A program made the translations under genes and the position numbers. Positions 20,197-29,870 of a DNA stretch of 64,000 nt are shown here, piece after piece (positions within the stretch are counted from its first letter, which is position 1; each line of letters begins with the position of its first letter). Source of the stretch: Promethearchaeia archaeon (GTDB lineage: Archaea; Asgardarchaeota; Lokiarchaeia; Sigyniarchaeales; SOKP01); NCBI GenBank assembly GCA_029856045.1, contig JAHQWG010000047.1, positions 64,001 to 128,000 of the forward strand, written 5' to 3'. The notes beneath the pieces were generated by a model. It worked only from the letters and a program-made list of their open reading frames with translations, was not told the DNA's origin and ran no database searches.

Positions 20197-21075
20197 TTAT
20201 TCATTTAGATTTATCTTTTTTTGTTTTCTTCTTTTCTGAATCAGTATATAAGCGAAAATTCCAGCAAAGGAACCAATTATTATTATAATCAGAACAAAAA
20301 ACCAAGTGAAATCTAAACCTTCGGGAATAGGTTCACAATAAATCACAATTTCTATATCTTCGGATGTTACCGTAACAATTTTTTGTCCGATTAAAACAGC
20401 TTCTTGATATACTTCAAGTTTATATATGCCAGCTGCTACCAAGAAAAAACCACTTCCATTATGGGTAAACTCAGATGTATATTCTAAATAGTTATTCGTA
20501 TCCATCAAACGATGTATTACAACTTCCACATTTGGAATTATCTCATCAGTTATATTATTTTTCACAATAAAGGTTATTTTACGAGTTTCTAAAATTTCAA
20601 ACAAGATGTTAATTTTTGCGGATGTTACTACTGGGTTTCCAGCCTGTTCTCCGCTTAATCCTAAAATATTAATACTGCTGATTCCTGTTATGGCGGGGTC
20701 TGTTATATTAATCGAGAAATCAACTGCTTGATTAGTTCCTTTCTCGAGAAGGAAATTATTTTGATTAGGAGAAAAAGTTATTCCACTCTTTTGAAAGCCA
20801 ATAGAGATGATGAGATCCTCATCACCAGTATTATAAATTCTAATCGTATTTTGGCTACCGTTAATAAATTGACCTTGGCAAACGACAAGATGTTCTATTT
20901 CTGGGGAATATGATATACCTATGCCTGTATTAGCAGTATGCGGAGAAAAAATTTGATTTATGTATTGAATTCTATTAATTGGATGCGAAGTTGAAAATAT
21001 TATTAAATTAATTATAACGGAATATAATAATAAAAAAGAAAAAAAAGATTTTATTTTTGCTTTTACAAATTTCAA
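20197..21075 (-). CDS. Membrane-anchored surface protein: signal, Ig/PapD-like domain, prealbumin-like domain, C-terminal TM
   Basis: N-terminal hydrophobic stretch, IRIYNTGD..F.L Ig-like strand pattern, IPNVEV..G.Y.LEV, then TM and KRRKQKK. Confidence 0.7.
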   Translation of the reverse strand: MKFVKAKIKSFFSFLLLYSVIINLIIFSTSHPINRIQYINQIFSPHTANTGIGISYSPEIEHLVVCQGQFINGSQNTIRIYNTGDEDLIISIGFQKSGITFSPNQNNFLLEKGTNQAVDFSINITDPAITGISSINILGLSGEQAGNPVVTSAKINILFEILETRKITFIVKNNITDEIIPNVEVVIHRLMDTNNYLEYTSEFTHNGSGFFLVAAGIYKLEVYQEAVLIGQKIVTVTSEDIEIVIYCEPIPEGLDFTWFFVLIIIIIGSFAGIFAYILIQKRRKQKKINLNE

Positions 21076-21095
21076 CCATTATTCACATACTAGTT

Positions 21096-22007
21096 TTATA
21101 CCGAAGCTATAGTTGCAGTAAGAGTAAATGTATATGTTGTATCGGGAACGCCCGTATCAACATCGAGGAATAGAGATAATTGGTGCGTTGTGCCAGCTTC
21201 TGCTGAAGGTGCATCTTGGTTCGTCTTCCAATCAGCTGCATTTGTTGTTATTTCAGTTCCACCACCCGAATCACGAGTTATTTCGAATTTTGAATCGAGA
21301 GAACTCCAAGAGCTCCTACTCAATTGCATTGTGTAATTATAATTCGCAATAGCCGTAATAGTTAAGTAACCAGAAACAGGATCTGCGATCACATTATCAT
21401 CTGTTCCAGGATTAACGCTACCAAAATTAAAATTCGCCTCGCTGATGTCAAGTGAGAAATACTTATTAACTGTAAAAGCAGTAGAAGTCATAGTACCTTC
21501 ATTACCATCATTATCAGTTGCTTTTACTCTAACATACCAATAAGCCCCAACAGCTTGCGATACTGTTGAGAATTTGAAATATGCTTTATAGTCTCCACTT
21601 ACTACAGTTTTATCACTAGGTTCTATAGAATTAGCAGAATCTACATAACCAGAAGGAGAAGATGTCCAAGTATCAGTAGAATTTACATATGTGAGTGTAA
21701 AATGATCAGTGACATTATCCGTTCCATCCCAAGCAGAATAATTAGAGTTATAAATGTAGAAAGTTAGATTATCAATATCATTCAAAGTATTATCATCACT
21801 AATAGTTGCATTAATGTAAAAATATGTATTTACATCTGTAGAAGATGGCAATGCAATTGCTGTAACAGACGGGCTTGTTGAATTTATGATAACAGAACCA
21901 TTTGAAGTATCAGATAGAGCATTAGGAATGAATATACAAAACAAAATGATAAGAAGAGCACTAAATGATAATTTGGTTAATTTTTTATATTTCATATAAA
22001 TTTTCAC
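21096..22007 (-). CDS. Secreted S/T/D-rich protein with Ig-like domain and C-terminal WxL/Csu-pilin-like domain
   Basis: Signal peptide, VRVKATD..GN, FNFGSVNPG, C-terminal GVPDTTYTFTLTATI, no TM anchor. Confidence 0.65.
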   Translation of the reverse strand: MKIYMKYKKLTKLSFSALLIILFCIFIPNALSDTSNGSVIINSTSPSVTAIALPSSTDVNTYFYINATISDDNTLNDIDNLTFYIYNSNYSAWDGTDNVTDHFTLTYVNSTDTWTSSPSGYVDSANSIEPSDKTVVSGDYKAYFKFSTVSQAVGAYWYVRVKATDNDGNEGTMTSTAFTVNKYFSLDISEANFNFGSVNPGTDDNVIADPVSGYLTITAIANYNYTMQLSRSSWSSLDSKFEITRDSGGGTEITTNAADWKTNQDAPSAEAGTTHQLSLFLDVDTGVPDTTYTFTLTATIASV

Positions 22008-22357
22008 ATTCTTGTCTTTTTATAGTTTTGTTAGCAAAATTGTATATAATTTTTAATATATTTAAATTTATCGTAATAAATGCTATTTCATCTCCTACTT
22101 AGATCTAGTTTTGTGTGTGTAAGGAGAGAGTTGTGTGTAAATAAGAATAGTAAAGTACTAAATTCAACTATTTACTCACCTTGAAAATACCCATTGAATC
22201 TTATATATAATCACCCAGCGTGTGAATTGAACGTATAAGTTCAGATACAAAAATTGTACTGTACAAATCGAAAAAAAGGGCAAGGAATAGAATTTAAAAC
22301 AAACAATTTTTTGAAATATTTATTTAAATTTTTTTTCAAACACTATCATAACTAAAT

Positions 22358-22510
22358 TATTTACTTTTTCAACCTTTCTTTTAATTTATTAGTAATTAAA
22401 TTACCCATGTCAATTGTTGATAGAATTTTTAAGTTATCTGATTTAATGTCCATGGTTCTACCTTCACCTAAGGCCTGTTCTACACAATTCTCAATATCTT
22501 TACCTAAATC
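22358..22510. repeat. Direct repeat A, copy 2 (3' end of intact leuB)
   Basis: Matches 19924-20076. Confidence 0.95.
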
Positions 22511-23431
22511 TTTCCGTTGAAAAGATTCTTCAACCATCAATTTTACACTTAATATTGTTCCCACAGGGTTTGCAATTCCTTGACCCGCAATATCGGGAGC
22601 AGCGCCATGAATTGGTTCGTACATTGATAGATTCCCAGGATTAATATTACCGCTCGGTGCCATGCCCAGACTTCCTAAAAGATAAGCAGCCTCGTCGCTA
22701 ATAATATCTCCAAATAAGTTACCAGTAACTACAGTTTGACATGTATATGGTTTGCGAATTATCCATTGACAAAACGAATCAATTAAGAAGTTCTCTTTAT
22801 CGATATTGGGATATTTCATACCTATTTCTTCAAATATCTTTCTCCACAATTGACTGCATGCTAAGACATTAGCTTTATCAACTGAAGTGATTTTTTTATG
22901 ATTCCTTTTTTTTGTATATTCAAAAGCATATTTGATAACTCTCTCGCATCCTTTACGGGTATAAAGCATAATATTTGTAGCAATTTCATCTCTTAAGATT
23001 CCCCCAATTTTTGCATATAAGCCCTCAGTATTCTCTCGAACGATAGTCATATCAATACCATCTCCTATATATTCATCTTTCAACGGACAACAATCTCTTA
23101 TCGTATCAAATAATTTAACAGGTCTTAGGTTTATATATAAATCAAAATTTTGTCTTATTTTTAAGATAGCAAGCTCAGCAACACCAGGTGGTAAATCAGG
23201 TAATCCTATCGCACCAAAAAGAATTGCATCCGACTTTTTTATAATATTTAACGATTTTTCTGGGAGGCTTTCCCCGTAAGTTTTATAGATAGATCCACCA
23301 GCAGGAGCCTCAATATATTCCATACTTAAATCTGAATACTCATTAATAATCTTAAGAATTTTTAATCCTTCATTTACCACTTCGGGACCTACTCCATCCC
23401 CCTTTATAATCGCAATTTTTTTTGTTTCCAT
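22361..23431 (-). CDS. leuB: 3-isopropylmalate dehydrogenase
   Basis: GDGVGPEV, NLRP, RENTEGLY, DKANVL, NLFGDIISD, EPIHGAAPDIAG. Confidence 0.88.
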   Translation of the reverse strand: METKKIAIIKGDGVGPEVVNEGLKILKIINEYSDLSMEYIEAPAGGSIYKTYGESLPEKSLNIIKKSDAILFGAIGLPDLPPGVAELAILKIRQNFDLYINLRPVKLFDTIRDCCPLKDEYIGDGIDMTIVRENTEGLYAKIGGILRDEIATNIMLYTRKGCERVIKYAFEYTKKRNHKKITSVDKANVLACSQLWRKIFEEIGMKYPNIDKENFLIDSFCQWIIRKPYTCQTVVTGNLFGDIISDEAAYLLGSLGMAPSGNINPGNLSMYEPIHGAAPDIAGQGIANPVGTILSVKLMVEESFQRKDLGKDIENCVEQALGEGRTMDIKSDNLKILSTIDMGNLITNKLKERLKK

Positions 23432-23599
23432 ATTAATTCAGACACCTAATAATAATATTTTAGAACATTATTTAAAAAATAAGTATATTAGAACAATTAA
23501 AAATGCAAATAACTCAATTTTTTATTGATAAAAATTGGCTCATAGAAGATTTAAAAATAATTAAATAAATTATTATCAAAAATAAAAGGAGAAAACTTT

Positions 23600-24067
23600 A
23601 TGGATGAAATAAAAACTAGATTAGAATATCGAGAAGCAGTTATTGGATCATGCACAGCTTTTATTATTGTTATAATTGTCATGATCATGCTCACGATAAC
23701 TATTTTCAGAGTGTGGCAGTTTTGGATGTGGTTTCCTGTTTTTGGAGTGTTAATTGCTGTTCTTGTTACCACGATTCAATATTTTACTGAGGGGAATATA
23801 AAAATTTGCCCAAAATGTGGAAAAAGGCTTGAAGGGACATCTCAATTTTGTAATAATTGTGGAATGAAAATCCTATCTAGATGTCATTCTTGTGGTGCGA
23901 AAGTTAATGGAGAAGTCAAATTCTGTGAACAATGCGGGCAAAAATTAGGAGATGTGATTACACCGAATGCAACCACAAAAATGGAAAATAGTAAATTCTG
24001 TCCCGAATGTGGCATTGAATTTAACCCCAATGCAAAATTCTGCTTCCGTTGCGGCACTCAATTATAA
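23600..24067 (+). CDS. 2-TM membrane protein with repeated zinc ribbons (DZR)
   Basis: Two hydrophobic helices followed by six CxxCG motifs. Confidence 0.85.
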   Translation: MDEIKTRLEYREAVIGSCTAFIIVIIVMIMLTITIFRVWQFWMWFPVFGVLIAVLVTTIQYFTEGNIKICPKCGKRLEGTSQFCNNCGMKILSRCHSCGAKVNGEVKFCEQCGQKLGDVITPNATTKMENSKFCPECGIEFNPNAKFCFRCGTQL

Positions 24068-24630
24068 TTTTTTTTATATCTCTTTTTTTTTTCAAATTTT
24101 AAGGAAAATTAAAACTTTAAAAAAAGAAGCATATAACTAATGACTTGTTTGAATTAATTAACTACTAAATCTCAAGATTTAATAAACTAATTTATCTACA
24201 ATAAATAATCTAAAAACTAATTTTAATTAGAATATTAGCAAATAATTTTAATCATGGATTATCAGAGCATTAATAATTTTAGAGATTTAAAATCTTTTTT
24301 CTTAGGCTATTTTCGTGAAGATTTGTAATAATAATTTATGAATTTTTAAATTTCTTTAACGATTAGTTAGGGTTTATGGCATTATTTTTTTTAGTCGATT
24401 TTCATATTCTCAATTTTCTAATTTTAGTTTGAGATCTCTGATTTAATGGCTCAGAGATGTTTCCAGCATCATACTTATAGAAAATCAATATTTTTGTCGA
24501 AGCATCAAAAATTTTAACCAAACTACTATTTATCGCAACATTTATTAATGAGAAAGAAGAAATGATAAATATACACCTTAAAATTAAAAATTAAAAAATT
24601 TTAAAAATAAAAAATTGGAGGAAATAAATT

Positions 24631-24843
24631 ATGGTCAAAAAAGTATTTGCATGGAGCCCAATCCGCTCACTTATGAAAAATAATGGTGCTGAAATGGTTG
24701 CAAAAGATGCAGTAGACGCATTAATTGGATATCTTGAAAAATTAGCAAAAAATGTCACTTGTAAAGCTCTAGAATTTTGCCGACACGCTGGTAGAAAGAA
24801 ATTAACCTTATCGGATATGACTCTAGCAATCAGTACATTATAA
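24631..24843 (+). CDS. Archaeal histone
   Basis: 70 aa; SPIRSLMK..GAEMVAKDA...HAGRKKL..SD histone fold; GGAGG RBS. Confidence 0.93.
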   Translation: MVKKVFAWSPIRSLMKNNGAEMVAKDAVDALIGYLEKLAKNVTCKALEFCRHAGRKKLTLSDMTLAISTL

Positions 24844-24849
24844 ATTTAG

Positions 24850-24946
24850 TTTAAAAAAATTCAAATTTTTTAACTTTTTCTTTTTTTTTTTTTCCAATTT
24901 ATGTAATAATCTTAGATTTCTATCGTTGATTCTGAAATTAAAATTA
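24850..24946. repeat. Direct repeat B, copy 1 (histone terminator region; pairs with 27535-27636)
   Basis: TTTAAAAAAATTCAAATTTTTTAACTTTTT block, CCAATTTAT, and a 44-bp block with 6 mismatches. Confidence 0.85.
24875..24893 (+). terminator. Poly-T terminator of histone gene
   Basis: Long T tract about 30 bp after the stop codon. Confidence 0.55.
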
Positions 24947-25104
24947 TTAAAAGATAATAAAAGTAGTTCTTAGAAACTTAACAAGTTAATAAATGAATAT
25001 TTATTTATTTTAGTTGAGAAGAATTAATTATTATAGACAGAATAAAAAAAATTATCTTTGATTTTATCGATATTAATGAATTAGAAGCAATTTTGTGATC
25101 AATT

Positions 25105-27141
25105 TTGAATGACATGAATATAAATTTAGAGGAAAAAAGATTTCAGAAATATCTTGATTTTGCAGGTGTTTTAATTGTAGTTATTGAAGCTGATCAAAGA
25201 GTTAGCTTTATCAATAAAAAGGGTTGTGAACTTTTAGGTTATAATAAGGAAGATGTTATTGGTAAAAATTGGTTCGATAATTTTATTCCAGAAACAATGA
25301 AAAATAAAGTAAAATCAGTATTTGATGAATTAATGGCTGGAAAAATCGAACCTATTGAATTTTTTGAGAATCCAATCATAACAAAGAAAGGTAAGGAAAG
25401 AATTATTGAATGGCACAATACAATATTAAAGGATGAGCAAGGTAAGATTTACGCAACATTAAGTTCTGGATTGGATATCACCGAGCGCAAGAAGGCGGAA
25501 GAGAAGATAAAACATCTAAATTTAGTGTTGCGAGCCATTAGGAATGTTAATCAACTTATTACAACAGAAAAGAGTTGTGAAAAATTACTTCAAGGTATTT
25601 GTGATAACCTTACAGAAACTCGTGGCTATTTTAATGCTTGGGTCGCCTTATTAGATAATTCCCACAATGTTATTATGACCGCTGAATCTGGTTTGGGTGA
25701 AGATTTTTTACCTATAGTTGAAACGTTAAAAAAAGGAGAGTTTACTAAATGCGGCCAGACAGCACTAACTCAATCCGAAGTATTAATAATTGAAGAGCCC
25801 CGTTTGACTTGCCTTGACTGTTCTTTATCAAAAAAATATGAAGGTAGAGCTGCAATGGTCGTTCGGTTGGAACGTGGAGAAAAAATTTTCGGTTGGTTAT
25901 CTTTATCCATTCCTAGAAATGTAGTTAAGGATGAAGATGAGCAAAAATTATTTAAAGAAGTCGCGAATGATATTGCTTTTGCACTTTATAGCATTGAACT
26001 TGAGGAAGAACGTGAGAAGGTGGAAAAAGCTTTAAAAGAGAGAATGAAGGAACTCGAAGCTTTTTATGAACTTTCTAAAATTGTAGAGGAACCTAATATT
26101 AAGGAAGAAATCTTAATACAAAAAATTATCAATATGATTCCAAAATCCATGCAATATCCTGAAATAACCTGTGCTAGAATTAAATTAAAGGGTCAAGAAT
26201 TTAGAACAGAGAATTTTGAAGAAACAAAATGGGTTTTAAAAAGTGATATAAAGATACTTGGAGAATTAGAGGGAACATTTGAAATTTATTATCTAAAAGA
26301 AAAACCTGAAATTGACGAAGGACCATTTATGAAAGAGGAGAAGGCTTTAATAGACGCATTAACCGAAAGGTTGGGAAGGATTATACAACGTATGGAAGTT
26401 GAGCAAAAATTAAAAGAATCCGAGGAAAAATATCGTGTGGCTTATAATCGGGCAGAATTTTATAAGGATATTTTTACTCATGATATTAATAATATACTTC
26501 AAAATATGAAATCCTCCATGGAGCTTCTTTCAACTTTTAAAAATATGTTAGAAAAATCGGATGAAGTTAACGAATTAACTAATATTATTGAAGAACAAAT
26601 CGTAAGGGGTTCAAAATTAGCTTGGAATATTCGGAAGCTGTCTCAAATTGAGGAAACCGAGAGCTCATTGGAACCTGTAGAAATATTTCAGGTTTTAAAA
26701 GAAGCTATTAATTTTATTCAAAAAAGTTATCATAATAAAGAGATAGATATTCAAATTGATTCTCAAATCAAACAGGGTTTTGTTCAAGCAAATGAATTAC
26801 TATTAGATTTGTTTGAAAACATCCTATTCAATGCAGTAAAACACAATGAAAATCCGAAAATTGAGATTTCAGTTAAAATATCTAAAGTGGATAAAGATAG
26901 GAAAAAATATGTGAAATTTGAATTTTTAGATAATGGAATTGGTGTTCCAGATGCATTGAAAAAACATCTTTTCAAGGATATTTTAAGTATAAAAAGGAAA
27001 ACTAAAGGAATGGGCTTAGGCTTATTACTTGTGAGCAAAATTCTTTCTATTTATGAAGGACAAATTTCGGTTGAGGATAAAATTAAAGGAGACCCCTCTA
27101 AAGGAAGTAATTTTATCATTTTACTTTCGGAGGTGATATAA
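25105..27141 (+). CDS. PAS-GAF sensor histidine kinase
   Basis: PAS (IGKNWFD, DITERK), GAF, H-box THDINN, N-box NAVKH, DNGIG, GMGLGL. Confidence 0.93.
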   Translation: MNDMNINLEEKRFQKYLDFAGVLIVVIEADQRVSFINKKGCELLGYNKEDVIGKNWFDNFIPETMKNKVKSVFDELMAGKIEPIEFFENPIITKKGKERIIEWHNTILKDEQGKIYATLSSGLDITERKKAEEKIKHLNLVLRAIRNVNQLITTEKSCEKLLQGICDNLTETRGYFNAWVALLDNSHNVIMTAESGLGEDFLPIVETLKKGEFTKCGQTALTQSEVLIIEEPRLTCLDCSLSKKYEGRAAMVVRLERGEKIFGWLSLSIPRNVVKDEDEQKLFKEVANDIAFALYSIELEEEREKVEKALKERMKELEAFYELSKIVEEPNIKEEILIQKIINMIPKSMQYPEITCARIKLKGQEFRTENFEETKWVLKSDIKILGELEGTFEIYYLKEKPEIDEGPFMKEEKALIDALTERLGRIIQRMEVEQKLKESEEKYRVAYNRAEFYKDIFTHDINNILQNMKSSMELLSTFKNMLEKSDEVNELTNIIEEQIVRGSKLAWNIRKLSQIEETESSLEPVEIFQVLKEAINFIQKSYHNKEIDIQIDSQIKQGFVQANELLLDLFENILFNAVKHNENPKIEISVKISKVDKDRKKYVKFEFLDNGIGVPDALKKHLFKDILSIKRKTKGMGLGLLLVSKILSIYEGQISVEDKIKGDPSKGSNFIILLSEVI

Positions 27142-27143
27142 AA

Positions 27144-27539
27144 ATAGCAACAATAATGATTGTGGAAGACGAGTTATCAATCCAAAAAATATATAAGATA
27201 TTGTTAACTTCCTCTGGATTTGATATTATTGGGATGGCAAAAAATGGAGAGGAAGCAGTAAATATGTATAAATCATTTTTAAAAAAACCTGATATTATAA
27301 TAATGGATCATCGAATGCCTGTAAAAGATGGCATTGAAGCTACAAAGGAAATCCAACAGATTGATAAACATGCTAAGATTATTTTTGCTAGTGCAGATAT
27401 AACTACAGAAAAATTAGCTATGTCATTAGGAGCACTATCCTTTAAGATTAAACCTTTCGATAATGAAAGGTTAATTAATAATATTAAAGAAAAGTTAGGA
27501 ATAGAGCCTTTTTCTAAAAAGGTTAAAAATTTAATTTAA
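27144..27539 (+). CDS. Stand-alone response regulator receiver (probable ATA start at 27144)
   Basis: IVEDE, DIIIMDHRMP, KPF. GGAGGTGA RBS lies 7 nt before an in-frame ATA; the ORF track start is ATG 27156. Confidence 0.9.
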   Translation: MATIMIVEDELSIQKIYKILLTSSGFDIIGMAKNGEEAVNMYKSFLKKPDIIIMDHRMPVKDGIEATKEIQQIDKHAKIIFASADITTEKLAMSLGALSFKIKPFDNERLINNIKEKLGIEPFSKKVKNLI

Positions 27540-27636
27540 AAAAAATTCAAATTTTTTAACTTTTTTTTTTCCCCCCAATTTATTTAGTTTAAGTAATTAT
27601 CATAGATTTTTATCGCTGATTCTAAAATTACAATTA
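27535..27636. repeat. Direct repeat B, copy 2
   Basis: Matches 24850-24946 with a small insertion. Confidence 0.85.
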
Positions 27637-27838
27637 AATATAATAAATTTTTTATTATAAGCTATTAAATATAATTGATAAGAATATTAATTGGTTTATC
27701 AGTAGGAACTTCTAATTTTGCCTTAGATACAAAAATTAGATCTTTTTATATTGACTGAAAATAAAAAGATATTTATAAAAAAGTTTAAATAAATCTAAAT
27801 GAAAAAATAAATATTACAAAAAAAGAAGATTCAATATT

Positions 27839-28537
27839 ATGGCTTCAACTATTTGTTGGTTAGATGGTATTACTGCAGTAGGAGTTGTGATTTTTGGTAT
27901 TGTAGTTGGAATTTTTTCTTATTATAAATCAAGAAAATTGGAACAAAAACTCCTTAAGTATTTTGGAATAATGATTGTTTGCGTTGGACTCCTGTATCTC
28001 GGTCCCTCCATAGATTTTTTATCAATCTTTTTTACAGGGAATAATATGGATAATTCTTTTGGATTGTACGGTATATTATGTTATATGTGGGTGGCGCCAG
28101 GCTTAATTTTTGCAATGTATCTTGGTGCAGTTCTTATCGCTCCAGAGAAGAAAACATATATTCTAATATTTTATATGATTTTAGGTATTATTTTTGAGAT
28201 ATTTTTATTTTTAGATACAGAAGGAACCTTTACATATGATTATCCCGCTATTCCTGGTGAAGATCTTATTAAATCTCACTTAAATTTAACAAGTCCAGCA
28301 TTCATATTAATAGTAATATTTCTTTTATCTGTCCTTTTTTTTAATGGATTTGGAGCATTATATAGAGCAATTCAATCAACGGGTGAATTGAGGAAAAAAT
28401 TTTTATATATTTCTTTTGGGTTCTTTTTATTTTGCATTTGTTCGATTTTTAACGCGTTTTTAGAAGATGTTTTATTTTTTGTAGTGAATATGGGAATGAT
28501 AATATATACCGTGTTATTGTATATTGGTGTAAAATAG
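27839..28537 (+). CDS. Polytopic (about 7 TM) membrane protein of unknown function
   Basis: About seven hydrophobic segments and no soluble output domain. Confidence 0.75.
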   Translation: MASTICWLDGITAVGVVIFGIVVGIFSYYKSRKLEQKLLKYFGIMIVCVGLLYLGPSIDFLSIFFTGNNMDNSFGLYGILCYMWVAPGLIFAMYLGAVLIAPEKKTYILIFYMILGIIFEIFLFLDTEGTFTYDYPAIPGEDLIKSHLNLTSPAFILIVIFLLSVLFFNGFGALYRAIQSTGELRKKFLYISFGFFLFCICSIFNAFLEDVLFFVVNMGMIIYTVLLYIGVK

Positions 28538-28798
28538 ATAAATTAAATGCAAATATTTTATATTAAAAATTTTTTTTTTCGAAAAAAGATATAGAAATCA
28601 AATAATAATAAAAGTGAAACCTTAAAACTAGTCCTTGTTATTATTTTAGATCAACTAATTGACTAGTAGGCAATTATTGAGTAACATAAAGACACTTTGG
28701 CATATTATTAATATTATTATGGATAATATTATGATTTAATCCTCGAATTTTATTTTTAATTAGACTTAGTTAATTTTAAGGAATAGAAATTATAAAAA

Positions 28799-28885
28799 AT
28801 GGAAAAAATTGGACTACAAAAATATTTTAATAAAGTAAATTTTAATTTTTTTTATAAAAATTTCATTTTTTTATCGAAATTTAAA
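28799..28885. repeat. Direct repeat C, copy 1 (pairs with 35307-35396)
   Basis: ATGGA..AATTGGA.TACA, ATTTTAATA, TTTTATAAAAA and an identical 21-mer ATTTTTTTATCGAAATTTAAA, in the same order. Confidence 0.7.
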
Positions 28886-29014
28886 ATGAATAGATACTCT
28901 CATAATTTTGAAGATATTATTTTTTAGCAATATTATTATCGAGATAAAAGGAATTGCAAGAAGTGATTAACTGGAATCTTTAACGTTAATTTAAATGCAA
29001 TTGGTGGTTAATAA

Positions 29015-29629
29015 ATGAAAATGACTAAAATAGAAAAGAAGTTTGTTAATAGTAAAGGGCATGCTCAAAAGAATATAGAACTTATTGATCAATTGTTTAG
29101 TAAAGTCGATTTAAGTAATGTTAATAAAGTATTGGAAATCGGATGCGGAGTCGGAGTAGTTTCCGCACATTTGAATAAGAATTATAAGATGGATGTTGTT
29201 GGAACAGATTTAGATCAAGAGCAGATTAAAATAGCAAAAATATATAATAAAATGAATGAAAATTTAAAATTTATTAAAGCAGATGCTATAAAACTTCCAT
29301 TTGAGAATAATAAATTTGAGATTATCTTATCACTATGGGTTATGCATCATATAAATGATTGGGGTAGGGCGTTGAAAGAAATTAATCGAGTTTTAAAGCC
29401 AAAAGGTTTTCTTATTTTCTCTGACCTCGCATATTCAAAGATATTGCTGAGTGTCGGTAATATGGTAAATTCTATTAGAATTTTTAATCCCATTGTGAAG
29501 AATTATGGTTTTTATACAATTAATGATATAATCCATTTTTTGAAGAAAAATAACTTTGAAATTATTTATAAAGAGAAGCCTAAAGGAGTAATATTTAAAA
29601 ATCATACTATAGTGTTTCAGAAAAACTAA
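29015..29629 (+). CDS. Class I SAM-dependent methyltransferase
   Basis: VLEIGCGVG, DA..LPF, LHH-like MHH, RVLKPKG. Confidence 0.92.
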   Translation: MKMTKIEKKFVNSKGHAQKNIELIDQLFSKVDLSNVNKVLEIGCGVGVVSAHLNKNYKMDVVGTDLDQEQIKIAKIYNKMNENLKFIKADAIKLPFENNKFEIILSLWVMHHINDWGRALKEINRVLKPKGFLIFSDLAYSKILLSVGNMVNSIRIFNPIVKNYGFYTINDIIHFLKKNNFEIIYKEKPKGVIFKNHTIVFQKN

Positions 29630-29870
29630 AATGAAACTTCAATATGGTGTATGTAACTCACCATGATCATATGAATTCCTAACTTTACAATTGATTATTA
29701 TGGTAATTGAATTAAGAGTAAAATGGATAGGGAATATGATATAGACATTTAAAAAAAATACATATTATTAGTTTTATTAAATATTATATGGAATTAGTAT
29801 ATAAACGAGTTGTATAAAATTATCCTTAGCATTATAAAAAGGAGGGCCATTTAGTGACTCCCGCTGAAGT

